IMG/VR virus record: IMGVR_UViG_3300025924_000001
Location: 47,865 to 111,864 of that record
DNA: 64,000 nt
Strand: one strand, 5' to 3'
From: a virus
Taxonomy: Duplodnaviria; Caudoviricetes
The notes under the pieces are model-generated. The model was not told the DNA's origin. It ran no database searches and worked only from the letters and a program-made list of their open reading frames with translations. Position numbers and translations under genes: made by a program. This document shows positions 27,520 to 37,875 of the stretch, in pieces (position 1 is the first letter of the stretch; each line of letters starts with the position of its first letter).

Positions 27520-29088
27520 GTGATGACGGTGAGCGAGGAGCTCGAGAACGACGAGACGAGGGTGTTCGCGACCGCGGCCCCGGTTGAGGCGTCTGACCTG
27601 GTCGAGGACTCGACCGCCTCAATCAAGGAGCCTGCGACCGCGTCCCAAGAGACCGGGATCGACAGGCCACCGGGTCCCGCGACGACCGTCAAGGCTCGGT
27701 CGAGCGCCGGTCGCCCCACGTGGCACCTGTCCCTGACGCTGGGCCTGGTGATCGCCCTGGTCGGCGGCATCCTGCTGTGGATGCAGTCACCGGAGCTGGC
27801 CCTGCTGGTCGCCGGCGGCCTGATCATCCTGGTTGGTCTCGCGCTCGCCCTGTGGTACCTCTTCGGTTCCGGTACGCTGAGCCGTCGGGGTGCCACGGCT
27901 CGGCGAGATGCCAACCGCGGTGGCACGCCGGGTGCCAACCGCGGTGGCAGTGCCAGTGACACCGGTCGAGGTAGTGCCAACCGCCGTGGCAGTGCCAACC
28001 GTGAGGATGGCACCAGCCGACGGCGACGCGGTGACACCGGTGATCGCGGTGACACCCGATCGCGGCGACCGGGACGCGGTGACACCGACCGTGGTGCCAC
28101 GGGTGCCAACCGGCGTGCCAATCGAGATGGCACTACCAACCGGGGTGCCAACGGCAATCGGAACGGTGCCAACTCAGGTGCCAACGGTAATCGGAACGGC
28201 GGTGGCAAACCGGCGGCACCGGGTGCCACGAGGCCGAGCCAGCCGGCCGGTGGCAAGCCGCCGACAGACCGGAAGCCGAACGCGAACGGCGGTCGGCAAC
28301 CCCTCGTCGGCGACCAGGCGGCGAGTCGGCCCGACCGTCTCACGGCGGCTGACCGGCGAGCTCAGCGGCGGCGAGCCGCCGGGTACCCGCAGTCCAGGGT
28401 CATCACGTGCGGCGGTCGGCCTCCGCTGGCCGCCGTGAAGACGACCAAGAAGACGGATGAGACGGCCGACGCTGATAAGAAGCGGGTAAGGTTGAAGCCT
28501 CTGCGGTGGCGCAGTCGGTCCGGTAAGCTGCCGGTCCCGAAGCCGCCGCGAGCGACGACGACGAGCGCCCCACCCAAGGCGGCACCGGTGAGACCGACGA
28601 CGACGACGAAGCCCCAGGTCAAGCCCGACGAGAGGGTTGAGTGGCCGAACGTGGACCACGACCAGGTGGCGAGCCAGCCGCCGCCGCGGATCACCGTCCC
28701 CCGTCGAGCGGTGAGGCTTGAGCCGCGGTACCACGGTCGCGCGGGTGAGCCGAACTGGCCGACGACCGACCCCGACCGACCGACACCGACACCGAGCATT
28801 CCCGACCAACGGAACAGGAGAGGTACCGTGAGCAACCCCGATCTGCTGACCCGGGCCGCCCGGGAGCAGCACTTCAGCGACTCCGCGACCGCCGCGGTGA
28901 GCGCCGCACAGGCGAAGGACACCCAGGCGAACCAGCTACTGGCCCTGGCCGGCGAGCTGGATGGCGTGGAGGGCATGGAGCGGGTTCAGGAGGAGCACTA
29001 CCGGGCCGCGGCCGCGGCCGCGCACGACGCGGAGGTTCGCCGGGGGAAGGCCGCGATCTACGGCTTCCTGAGCGAAAACCCCGCCTGA
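27520..29088 (+). CDS. Transfer-associated membrane protein, low complexity, with in-frame internal start at 28828
   Basis: 2 TM helices, G-A-N repeats, Pro/Arg-rich region; AGGAGAGG SD before GTG 28828 giving an 86-aa Ala-rich helical product. Confidence 0.55.
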   Translation: MMTVSEELENDETRVFATAAPVEASDLVEDSTASIKEPATASQETGIDRPPGPATTVKARSSAGRPTWHLSLTLGLVIALVGGILLWMQSPELALLVAGGLIILVGLALALWYLFGSGTLSRRGATARRDANRGGTPGANRGGSASDTGRGSANRRGSANREDGTSRRRRGDTGDRGDTRSRRPGRGDTDRGATGANRRANRDGTTNRGANGNRNGANSGANGNRNGGGKPAAPGATRPSQPAGGKPPTDRKPNANGGRQPLVGDQAASRPDRLTAADRRAQRRRAAGYPQSRVITCGGRPPLAAVKTTKKTDETADADKKRVRLKPLRWRSRSGKLPVPKPPRATTTSAPPKAAPVRPTTTTKPQVKPDERVEWPNVDHDQVASQPPPRITVPRRAVRLEPRYHGRAGEPNWPTTDPDRPTPTPSIPDQRNRRGTVSNPDLLTRAAREQHFSDSATAAVSAAQAKDTQANQLLALAGELDGVEGMERVQEEHYRAAAAAAHDAEVRRGKAAIYGFLSENPA

Positions 29089-29163
29089 TTTCACCCTCGC
29101 TCGACCCCCGACCAGGTAGGTCGGGGGTCGAGCCCGTTCCGGAACGAGGAAGAGGAACCGATC

Positions 29164-31350
29164 GTGGTCCCCCACAAGGTGTTCTTGCCGGTCGCGGGCT
29201 CCCTGCTGACGCTCGCCCTGAGCCTCGGCCTGCTCGTGACGCGGGTCTCGACGCCGCTCGCGGTCACGGGCACCGTGGTCGCGACCGGGCTCGCCGTGCT
29301 GCTGGGCGAGCGTCTGGTTCACGTCGCGGACTCGCTGTCGCACCTCACCCTGGACGCGAAGAGCCTCGCGTTTCGCCTGGTAGCGGTCGCGGTGGTGGGC
29401 GATGGGACCGTCGCGGTAACCCTCGAGATCGTGGGCTTGACCGAGCTGCCCCGCGCCCTGCTGTGGCAGCTCGGCCTCACCGCGGCGCAGGTTGTCGTCG
29501 CGGTGATCGCGGACGAGTACCTGTCGCGGGTACGGCCGCGGCTACGGCAGGTGTCGTGGGAGCGCCGACAGGTTCGAGAGCGCGACCAGGCGGTCGCGCG
29601 ACGGGACGCGGAGATCGAGGTGGGCGCCGGCGAGGCCCTGGTCAAGCGCGAGTCGGTGACCCCGGCTCCCACCGAGAGCCACGACATCCGGGTCATGCGC
29701 CTGGCGCTCAAGAAGGTGAAGCTCGGCTGGCTGGTGATCCTGGACCGGCGGCCCCTGAGCGACGCTCGGGGCCTCTTCGGCATCCAGTTCGACGTCCAGA
29801 TCACGGCCGAGGCGATGAGCCACAAGGGGCGGCGAACGCTGCCGACGGAGGCGGCGGAGCCGATCGCCGTGGCCCTCTCGGAGCTGCTCAACCAGGTGAT
29901 CGAGAGGAGGTGGGTGGGGATCCAGCGACTTCCCCGGGCCGGTGGGTACGCGATCACCGTGACCACGCAGGACGTGATGGCCCGGGTCTACCCCTTCGAG
30001 GACGAGCTGGAATGGGCGAGCGTTCAGGACCTGGTCCTGATCGGGTACGGCCTGGACGCTCAGCCGGTTTACCTGCTGCTGCGGCAGCACGGCCAGTTCC
30101 TGGGGAAGAGCCGGTCGGGCAAGTCCTCGCTGATCAACTGCGTGCTCGCGTACCTGACCCGTTGCCGCGACGCCGTGGTCTGGATCTGCGGCACCGAGAA
30201 GCTCTACGACATGCTGGCCGGCTGGCTGGAGATCTACCTCGACGAGGACGAGGAGATGCCCTTCGACTGGGTCATGGCCGGCCCGCAGGACACCGCGGAG
30301 TGCCTCGCGGCCCTGATGCGCGTGGCTCGGTACCGACAGTCGCTGCGGCTCAGCCAGCGGCTGAACCTGCCGGACATCATCTGCGTTCTCGACGAGGCCT
30401 CGTTCGCGCTGCGCAACACGACGATCACGGCCGAGTTCGACGGCCGTGACCTGACGATGTCGACGCTCTGCGGCATGATCACGCAGGGCGCGGGCTCGGC
30501 GGGCTGCTGGCTCGAGTACTCCACGCAGCGGGACACGAACGACCAGCTCGGTCCCGCCGGCGGCGACATCCAGGCGCAGACGGGGTTTACCGCGGCGTTC
30601 GGCAGCCAGGACAACCTGTCCCTGGGGCGGCAGCTCGGGGACTTCAAGCTGCCGCCGCCGGCGCACAAGGGTGAGTTCTACCTGAAGAACGACGCCGCGG
30701 AGGCTCCCTACCCGGTGCTGACGAAGGGCCGCTACCTGCAGGAGGATGACCCGAGCAAGCCTCGGCTGCACGACGGGTTGACGGTGAGCTCGGTGTCGTG
30801 GTCGCGTCGATCGTTCAAGGTCCACCTCGACGAGGGGTCGGCGCGCGCCGCGGGGGAGCTCTACGTGGCGCGGCCGACGCGGGTCACGGAGCGGTTCCTG
30901 GACTACCTCGCGAGCCCCACGTCCGTGGCTGCGCCGCTGGACATCGTGGGTGCCCGTCGGGCCGTGGCCCCCGCGCCGGCGCTCGACGCGGTGGACGCGG
31001 ACGCCGCTGACCTCGCGCAACGAATGGGGTTCGACTTCGCGTCCCTTCCCGGCGCGCAGAAGGAGGCCTACCGGGAGGTGGTACGAGAGCTGCAGACGGC
31101 CACGGAGCCGCGAGCGGACCCCGCTCAGGCAGCTTCCAGTGGGCCGCCGCGGTCCGGTCGGGCGGAGCAGGTGGAGTGGGTGCTGCGCGAGGCGGGGACG
31201 CCGCTCACGTCGCGGGAGATCCTCGACGAGCTCCGGTCCGTCGGCGTCGAGGTCAAGAGCGAGGGGTCGGTGCACAACCTGCTTGGTAGGCTCGTGAGTG
31301 ACGGGGTCATCGTGAAGGTGAACGGTCGCTTCCAGCTCCCGGACTGGTAA
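29164..31350 (+). CDS. TraB-like FtsK/SpoIIIE DNA translocase
   Basis: N-terminal TM helices; Walker A GKSRSGKS; Walker B ICVLDE; STQR; C-terminal winged helix (LTSREILDEL...SVHNLLGRL). Confidence 0.8.
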   Translation: MVPHKVFLPVAGSLLTLALSLGLLVTRVSTPLAVTGTVVATGLAVLLGERLVHVADSLSHLTLDAKSLAFRLVAVAVVGDGTVAVTLEIVGLTELPRALLWQLGLTAAQVVVAVIADEYLSRVRPRLRQVSWERRQVRERDQAVARRDAEIEVGAGEALVKRESVTPAPTESHDIRVMRLALKKVKLGWLVILDRRPLSDARGLFGIQFDVQITAEAMSHKGRRTLPTEAAEPIAVALSELLNQVIERRWVGIQRLPRAGGYAITVTTQDVMARVYPFEDELEWASVQDLVLIGYGLDAQPVYLLLRQHGQFLGKSRSGKSSLINCVLAYLTRCRDAVVWICGTEKLYDMLAGWLEIYLDEDEEMPFDWVMAGPQDTAECLAALMRVARYRQSLRLSQRLNLPDIICVLDEASFALRNTTITAEFDGRDLTMSTLCGMITQGAGSAGCWLEYSTQRDTNDQLGPAGGDIQAQTGFTAAFGSQDNLSLGRQLGDFKLPPPAHKGEFYLKNDAAEAPYPVLTKGRYLQEDDPSKPRLHDGLTVSSVSWSRRSFKVHLDEGSARAAGELYVARPTRVTERFLDYLASPTSVAAPLDIVGARRAVAPAPALDAVDADAADLAQRMGFDFASLPGAQKEAYREVVRELQTATEPRADPAQAASSGPPRSGRAEQVEWVLREAGTPLTSREILDELRSVGVEVKSEGSVHNLLGRLVSDGVIVKVNGRFQLPDW

Positions 31351-31360
31351 CCGTCAGTTA

Positions 31361-31468
31361 CGGCTTCATGTTTCATATGAAGCCGAGGGGTACCCCCGAG
31401 ACGGCCTTCTCGCCAGGTCGGAGGCTTCACTTCGGCTTCACCTTCACATGTGAATTCACATGTGAAGT
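31361..31468. repeat. clt-like repeat cluster downstream of the traB-like gene
   Basis: GGCTTCA x3 plus TGAAGCC; TTCATATGAA; two adjacent TTCACATGTGAA palindromes (31443-31466). Confidence 0.6.
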
Positions 31469-31503
31469 CACGCAGCGTGACAACGAGACGAGAGGAGAGG
31501 CCC

Positions 31504-32274
31504 GTGTGCCTCGGACGAACCCACGCGGTGGGTGGGGTGACGCTGGGCCTCACGGCGGCCGACCTGGTTGGGAACGTGAGCCTGGTCCAGGCGCTCGCCG
31601 GCGCGGCCGTGGCCGCCGGTGCGGCCCTGCTCAACGACCTCGACACGCCGTCGAGCACCGTGAGCCACGCGCTGGGGCGGTCCACCCAGCGCCTAGCGAG
31701 CGGTGTTCAGCGGCTGTCTCGCGTCGTTTTCGAGCTGACCGCGACGCCGGCGGACCACCGGTACGCGTCACCCACGCATCGGGCCCTGACGCACACCCTC
31801 CTCTTCGCCGTCGCACTGGGGGTTGGGACCTGGGCGACGGCGCGGTGGGTCCCCCTCGGGGCCGGCCTGGTCGCCCTCGTGGTCGCCGTGCCGGCGCTGC
31901 GCCTGGTGGACCGTCGGCTGCGCGGGGTGAGCCTGCTCCTGACGGCGCTGGGGGTCGCGGCGCTCGTGACCGCGGCCGCGCCGAGCGCGGTCACGGTGGG
32001 GGTCGCGGTGGGGGCTGGGGCGCTCAGCCACGACCTGCTCGACGGGTGCACCACGATGGGCGTCCCCCTGCTGTGGCCGCTCAAGCTGCGGGGCATGCGG
32101 TGGCGGCGGCTGGGGCTGCCGCGGTTCCTGCGGTTCCACACCGGAGGCCCGGTCGAGCCGTGGGTGCTGTGGCTGCTCGTCGTCATCACCGTGGGGCTCA
32201 CGCCCCCAGTCCTCAGCTGGCTCGAGGTTGCCGTCACACAGCTCATCAATTTAGCTGTTTACATTTGGGGCTGA
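31504..32274 (+). CDS. Membrane-bound metal-dependent hydrolase (YdjM-like)
   Basis: GRTH, LL.DLD.P, HRALTHT, SH.LLD.CT..GVPLLWP motifs; multiple TMs. Confidence 0.85.
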   Translation: MCLGRTHAVGGVTLGLTAADLVGNVSLVQALAGAAVAAGAALLNDLDTPSSTVSHALGRSTQRLASGVQRLSRVVFELTATPADHRYASPTHRALTHTLLFAVALGVGTWATARWVPLGAGLVALVVAVPALRLVDRRLRGVSLLLTALGVAALVTAAAPSAVTVGVAVGAGALSHDLLDGCTTMGVPLLWPLKLRGMRWRRLGLPRFLRFHTGGPVEPWVLWLLVVITVGLTPPVLSWLEVAVTQLINLAVYIWG

Positions 32275-32697
32275 GGATGGTATGGTTTTCTCAGCGGCTG
32301 GAAAACCGGCCAGATGAGAGGAAGACCAACCGTGGACAAGATCATCCAGAACCTGGGCCCCGTCATCAGCATCGAGATCACCTGGGGAAGCGAGGACAAG
32401 ATGCCGATGGTGGAGGGAGTTCTGATCGTCAAGACCGAGACCGAGGTGGAGAGCGGCAACGGGTGGGCCACCTACCGGGTCACCGCGCCGCTCGTGAACC
32501 TCGTGCACTGGGTCGCTGAGCACTACAACATGCTGGACAAGACGACGGCTCACAACCTGGCTGACGTCTTCATCGACGCCGAGTTCGCGAAGGTCACCAC
32601 CGCGTTCGGCGGGTGAGAGCCGGCACCTGGAGCCGCCTAAGGAGCGGCTCCAGGTGCCGAACTACCAGGAACGACCGACCGAGGGAGAGGATCAAGC

Positions 32698-33033
32698 TTG
32701 AGCAAGCACGGAGACTACGCGAGCCGGAAGCTCGACCAGTGGCAGCCGAAGGGGCTCGGCGGCAAGATCGTGAAGGGCGTCGCGCAGGGTGCCCGGGCGG
32801 TGGACCGCGTCGCGAGCCGCGACCCCCACAACGCGACCGACGGCGACCCCACGCGCTGCCACATGCGCGCCCGCAGGAACGGCAAGGAGTGCAACACCAA
32901 GCTGAACGACAAGCAGCAGCGTGAGGGGCACTGCGGGAACCACGTCTGCGCGAAGGAGTACATCGCGTACACCAGCGACCCACGCTTCAACGAGTACCGG
33001 GACTCCACCCACCGGCAGGTCAAGCGTTGGTGA
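32698..33033 (+). CDS. Hypothetical Cys/His-rich protein
   Basis: GGAGAGGA SD, TTG start, C...C...HC.NH.C. Confidence 0.55.
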   Translation: MSKHGDYASRKLDQWQPKGLGGKIVKGVAQGARAVDRVASRDPHNATDGDPTRCHMRARRNGKECNTKLNDKQQREGHCGNHVCAKEYIAYTSDPRFNEYRDSTHRQVKRW

Positions 33034-33140
33034 GGTAGAGCGAGGCGCGGCCGGGGTGGGGATGCCGGCCGCGCCTCGTTGTTTACAGCAAGATGTTGAT
33101 GAGATACGGTGAGGTCAAGGAACGAGGAAACGGAGATCCC

Positions 33141-33506
33141 ATGAGCGTCAACTACTACGCGTGCGAGAACGACACCCCATCCATCGAGGACGGCCTTCAC
33201 ATCGGCAAGAGCTCCACTGGCTGGGACTTCCTGTGGCGCGGCCACGAGAAGCTGAACCTGGTGAATCGGGAGAACTGGGAGAGCTACCTCGACCAGCTGG
33301 GGATCACCATCGTTGCGGAGCACGGCGTGACGTACACGCTCGGTGAGTTCATGCTGAAGATCGTGGACGACCGGCCAATCGACGAGGTACGGCAGCACGC
33401 GCACTACTGGCTGCGGCACGGCCGGGACTCGGTCGACAACTCGCTGCTGATCACGAACTGGGTCGACGAGGGCGGCTACCCGTTCTGCGGCGTGGAGTTC
33501 TGCTGA
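33141..33506 (+). CDS. Conserved phage hypothetical protein
   Basis: MSVNYY...LHIGKSS.GW.F motif; preceded by a TTTACA-17-TACGGT promoter (33082-33110). Confidence 0.65.
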   Translation: MSVNYYACENDTPSIEDGLHIGKSSTGWDFLWRGHEKLNLVNRENWESYLDQLGITIVAEHGVTYTLGEFMLKIVDDRPIDEVRQHAHYWLRHGRDSVDNSLLITNWVDEGGYPFCGVEFC

Positions 33507-34038
33507 TGTGGGGCGGCGGGTGGGTCGTGGTCCGTAGCTCGAGAGGCCGGTTCGTCCGACGGGTCCGGGCCTCGTCGAGCGATCACGCCGAGCACCTCAA
33601 GCGCGACCTCGAGCAGAGCTACGACCCCACGCACGTCGTGACGATCGAGATGGACGAGCGATGACCGGCGACTCACTGCTCGGCGGCCTGCAGCTCGCGT
33701 CCGTGATCTTCGCGTTCGTGGTCATCGGCCTCGTGCTGGCGGTGATCGCCGTGGTTGTCGTCTCGGTGATCGTGGCAACCGTGCGGATGCGGCGTGACCG
33801 GCGTCGCCACGAGCGGCTGCTTAACCATGGTCGCCGGCGACGGTGAGCTCCGCCGCGGCCTGAACCGGGCCGCGGCGGAGTTCCTGCGCGAGATGGCTGA
33901 CCTCGTGGAGGCGAACGACGCGTACAACCTGAGTTGGGAGCGACGAACCGACTTCCCGTGGCTGTTGGTTGGACGTCGAGCTGACGAGACGCCGCTCCGG
34001 GAAACCTGGGTCATCCAGATTGACGTGCAGCGCGAGGT

Positions 34039-35184
34039 CTAGTCGCGGTGCCAGCCGCCGAGCCGGGGGTAGATGACGGCTGGGTTCACGCGATCGAGGT
34101 GACGCCTCGCGGTCGCGAGGATCCCGTCGATGACCTCGTTCGTGAGGTAGTGAGGCTCGAGGCCGAGGGCCTCGAGCCCGGTGTGCGTGACGCGATAGTG
34201 GTGGCCCATCTCCTCGACGCGGTCACTGACGAAGTGAGCGACGGTCGCACCGGGCACGCGGCTCGCGACGGCCTCCGCGACGTCGAGGATCGAGATGGAC
34301 TGGGTGAGCTGGTTGAAGACCCGGAACTCCCCCGGCTCCGCGGGGTTGAGGCACGCCAGCTCGAGGCACCGCACCGCGTCGCGCAGGTTGATGAAGCCGC
34401 GGGTCTGCGAGCCGTCACCGTAGACGGACAGCTCCACCCCGAGCGCGGCCTGGACCGCGAAGCGGTTGAGCGCGGTGCCGAAGATCGCGTCGTAGTCGAA
34501 CCGGGTCGCGAGGTCGGGGTGACGCTGGGTCTGGTCGGTGTCGACGCCGTAGACGACGCCCTGGTTCAGGTCGGTGACGCGGAGGTTCCAGGCACGGCAC
34601 GCGAACTCGAGGTTGTGCGAGTCGTGCACCTTGCTGAGGTGGTACCACGAGCCGGGGCGCTTCGGGTACAGCACGCGGTCGGTGCGACCCTTGTGCGTGA
34701 CGTCGAGCCAGCCCTCCTCGATGTCGAGGTTGGGGGTGCCGTACTCGCCGAGGCTTCCGAGCTTGATGACGTGAATGCTGGGGTTGACCGCGTGAACGGC
34801 GTGGATCAGGTTGAGGGTGCCGATCACGTTGACGTACTGCGTGTAGGTGGCCTGCCGCGAGCCGAGCATGGAGTACGGCGCGGAGCGCTGCTCGGCGAGG
34901 TGGATCACGGCGTCTGGCCCGAACTGGACGAGGGCGCGCTCGAGGTCGCCGGCCCGCGTGGTGTCGCCGCGGTAGAGGTGCAGCCACTCGTCGTGCGCGT
35001 CGTGCCAGGCGTCGATGCGGTTCATGAGGGTCTCAATGGGCACGAGGCTACTCGTGCCCAGCTCGCGGTCGAGGTCGCGGCGCGCGAGGCTGTCGAAGAT
35101 TCCCACCTCGAAGCCGGCCGCGGCGAGGTGCAGGACGGTGGGCCAACCGAGAAAGCCGTCGCCACCGAGAACGAGGACGCGCAC
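34039..35184 (-). CDS. sqdB: UDP-sulfoquinovose synthase
   Basis: GGDGFLGWPT, AEQRSAPYSM, NVIGTLN, KLGSLGEYGTPNLDIEEG, YHLSKVHDSHN, TDLNQGVVYG, RFDYDAIFGTALNRF: SqdB/SQD1 signature; GGAGG SD before GTG 35184. Confidence 0.9.
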   Translation of the reverse strand: MRVLVLGGDGFLGWPTVLHLAAAGFEVGIFDSLARRDLDRELGTSSLVPIETLMNRIDAWHDAHDEWLHLYRGDTTRAGDLERALVQFGPDAVIHLAEQRSAPYSMLGSRQATYTQYVNVIGTLNLIHAVHAVNPSIHVIKLGSLGEYGTPNLDIEEGWLDVTHKGRTDRVLYPKRPGSWYHLSKVHDSHNLEFACRAWNLRVTDLNQGVVYGVDTDQTQRHPDLATRFDYDAIFGTALNRFAVQAALGVELSVYGDGSQTRGFINLRDAVRCLELACLNPAEPGEFRVFNQLTQSISILDVAEAVASRVPGATVAHFVSDRVEEMGHHYRVTHTGLEALGLEPHYLTNEVIDGILATARRHLDRVNPAVIYPRLGGWHRD

Positions 35185-36714
35185 GGACACCTCCGGGGGT
35201 CAAGTTGCTGTCGTGGTACAGTCTACATCACGAACAGGGTTTACATCAAGCGGTTGGTTGTGATACGGTTTCTCCAGGAACGATGGAAGGAGGAACCGTG
35301 AGCTACCTGGTCAACGAGCTGGTGCCGCTGCCGCGGCGGCTCTCCCCGGACAAGCCGAGCTGCGGCGTCATCCGTGAGGTGAACCTGAGCGGCGCCTGGG
35401 GCCACTACGCCCGGGTGGAGGTCGCGAGCGAGCTGCACCTTCTCTCCTTCGAGGAGCTCGAGGCCGCGGCCGCGAGCCACCTCCGGCAGCTGGGGGTGCT
35501 GTGATCGAGCTGACGCCACCGAACGGGTGTCGCCACTGCGGCATCGTTCGAACCGAGCACATGAACCTGTGGACCAAGGAGGCCGGGTGGCACACGTGGA
35601 CGGAACCGAGCGACCGGATGCGGAAGGAGCGGATGATCGCGCGCCGGGCGCTGCGAACGGGGACGCTGTGGCGGCGGTGGGGCAGGACGAGCTGACGATC
35701 GAGGACATCCTGATCGACGCGGCGCTGAACCACAGCGCTCGAGGGTGGGGCTACGAGAGCTGGCCGGCCTACGTTCGTGAGGAGCACGCAACCGGGAACG
35801 CCAAGCGATCATTCACCATTCACGAAGGCATCTGCGACGCCGTTCGCGGCGTCGTGCCCCTCGTGGAGGAGCAGTACGGCATCCTCGAGACCGAGAACGA
35901 CGACCTGCAGGGCGAGCTGAACGACGTGCGTCAGGTGCTCGCGGAGCTCAGCGTGCCGGTGAACCCCCTGATGTCGCTGCGACGGCAGGTCAAGTACACG
36001 ATCAAGAACCTGCGTGCTGAGCTTCAGGCGATCCGCACCAAGCTCCGCGAGGCAGGCGTCGACGGCACCCAGTACGAGGACGTGAGCACCCTGGACTGCG
36101 TCCAGCAGCTCGTGGACGCTCGCGATGCCGCGGTGGTGAACCGGAGGCGCTGCCACCAACGGCACCTGGACCTGGAGGGAAACGAGACCGTGATCGAGGG
36201 AGATGACGAGGCGTGATGACCGAGACCGACTGGATCTGGCTGACCGTGATCGTCGCCATCCTCACGATGGGAAACCTCCTGAGGGTGCTGATCGAGCGGC
36301 TGCTTCCCAAGCAGAAGAAGGACAACCGATGACCGAGGTTGAGTTCATCAAGAGGGTGCTCGCGGCGTTCAGCGACTGGTGGAAGGAGGACGTCGGTTGG
36401 CGCGTCGACGAGGACGGCGTCCATTTCTTCGCGCTGGTCAGCGACGTGTTCTGGTGGGGCAGCGCCGACGGCGAGGACATCCTCCCTGAGGACCTGCAGC
36501 TGCTGGAGAGGTGCAAGGCCGACCTCGTCGCGCTCGAGGGCTCGGAGCCGACCTGCCTTTCGGAGCTGTACGCGGCCCGGAAGCGAGGGATGCGGCCGCA
36601 GGGAGCGTGGTACGCGGGCTTGGATCCGAGCGTTTACCACCTGTTCGACGCCTGTGGCCCGGCTCGGGACGTGGGCCTGGGAAACCCCCGGCGGCACCCC
36701 GATGAGGAGGTCTA

Positions 36715-37644
36715 GTGACCGAGGAGCTTTCGCCGCGAGAGGTGATGGCCGTCATCATCGAGCGGTTCATGCGTCGAGAGATCGGTGGGGCCGTGATCGG
36801 CAGCCCCGACGTGCTCGACGCGATCCGCGACCAGGCCAAGGAGCTCACGACGTGGCTCGACGACGCCGGCCTGCTGCGCCGAGCCGCGACGGAGGAGGCC
36901 GCGCGTGGCCTGATCTACGTAGAGCTGCGGGACGAGCCCGCGACGTCGACCCGGGAGATCACGCCCGACGTGTCGGTTGACCTGAACGACGACTTCGAGG
37001 TCGTGGGCGTGGAGGTGATCCCGGCGGCGACGGTCACGGTGGACGGCGTGCCGGTGACGGTGGACCGGGTCAACCTGACCGAGCTCCCCACAGACCTCTA
37101 CGATCCCGAGCCGAGCGAGCACCCGCGCGAGGACCGCGTCGGCGCGCTGCGGGTGTTCAGCGGTGATCACCTGTACCTCAAGCTGGCGCAGCCCAAGGAC
37201 GAGCCGTGGCACTGCGTGTACGTCGCGGGGCCCCAGCGGTTCGACGGCTGGCAGAGCGACGAGGACATGGTCGGCACGAAGCTGCTCGACCACGTGCCGG
37301 TGGAGCTCGCGTTCCCGGCCAGCCCCGAGGCGGAGGTCGACGCCGTCGCGCGGGCCCTGCACCGCCACGGCATCCTGAAGAAAACCTGCACCGACAGCTG
37401 GCACTACTGGACGACGCACCGTCACCAGGCGTACCTCGCGCTGCTCGCCGCGCCGCGCCGCGAGACCATCACGCGGGCGCAGCTGAACGTGATCGTGGAC
37501 GAGTTCAGCCACGCGTGCCCGACCTGCCCCGAGGACGAGCGCGAGTGGGTGGTCAACGTGAGTGACCTTCCCGAGATCATCGCCCGGGTGTCCGGGCAGG
37601 CAGTTGAGAGCGAACCGATGAGTGAGGAGAGCAACCGTGGCTAA
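36715..37644 (+). CDS. Composite protein with a DUF2283-like domain
   Basis: LIYVELRDEP...TREITPDVSVDLNDDFEVVGVEVI. Confidence 0.55.
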   Translation: MTEELSPREVMAVIIERFMRREIGGAVIGSPDVLDAIRDQAKELTTWLDDAGLLRRAATEEAARGLIYVELRDEPATSTREITPDVSVDLNDDFEVVGVEVIPAATVTVDGVPVTVDRVNLTELPTDLYDPEPSEHPREDRVGALRVFSGDHLYLKLAQPKDEPWHCVYVAGPQRFDGWQSDEDMVGTKLLDHVPVELAFPASPEAEVDAVARALHRHGILKKTCTDSWHYWTTHRHQAYLALLAAPRRETITRAQLNVIVDEFSHACPTCPEDEREWVVNVSDLPEIIARVSGQAVESEPMSEESNRG

Positions 37645-37875
37645 GACCGGGGAATACCAGTTCGTGCCGCTGACGAAGGGTCAGCTGTACGCGTACGCGA
37701 AGGACCTGCAGCGCGCCAACAAGCGGCTGTCGTGGAAGGACGCCCTGGAGCTCGCGACCCAGCACGAGGCGGATCGAGTCCAGAACTACGCTCAGATCGA
37801 CGAGAACCTGAGCCGCAAGCGTGGACAGAAAAGGGACTGACGGCCCGATCGCGACGAGGGAAGGCAGGTCACCGA

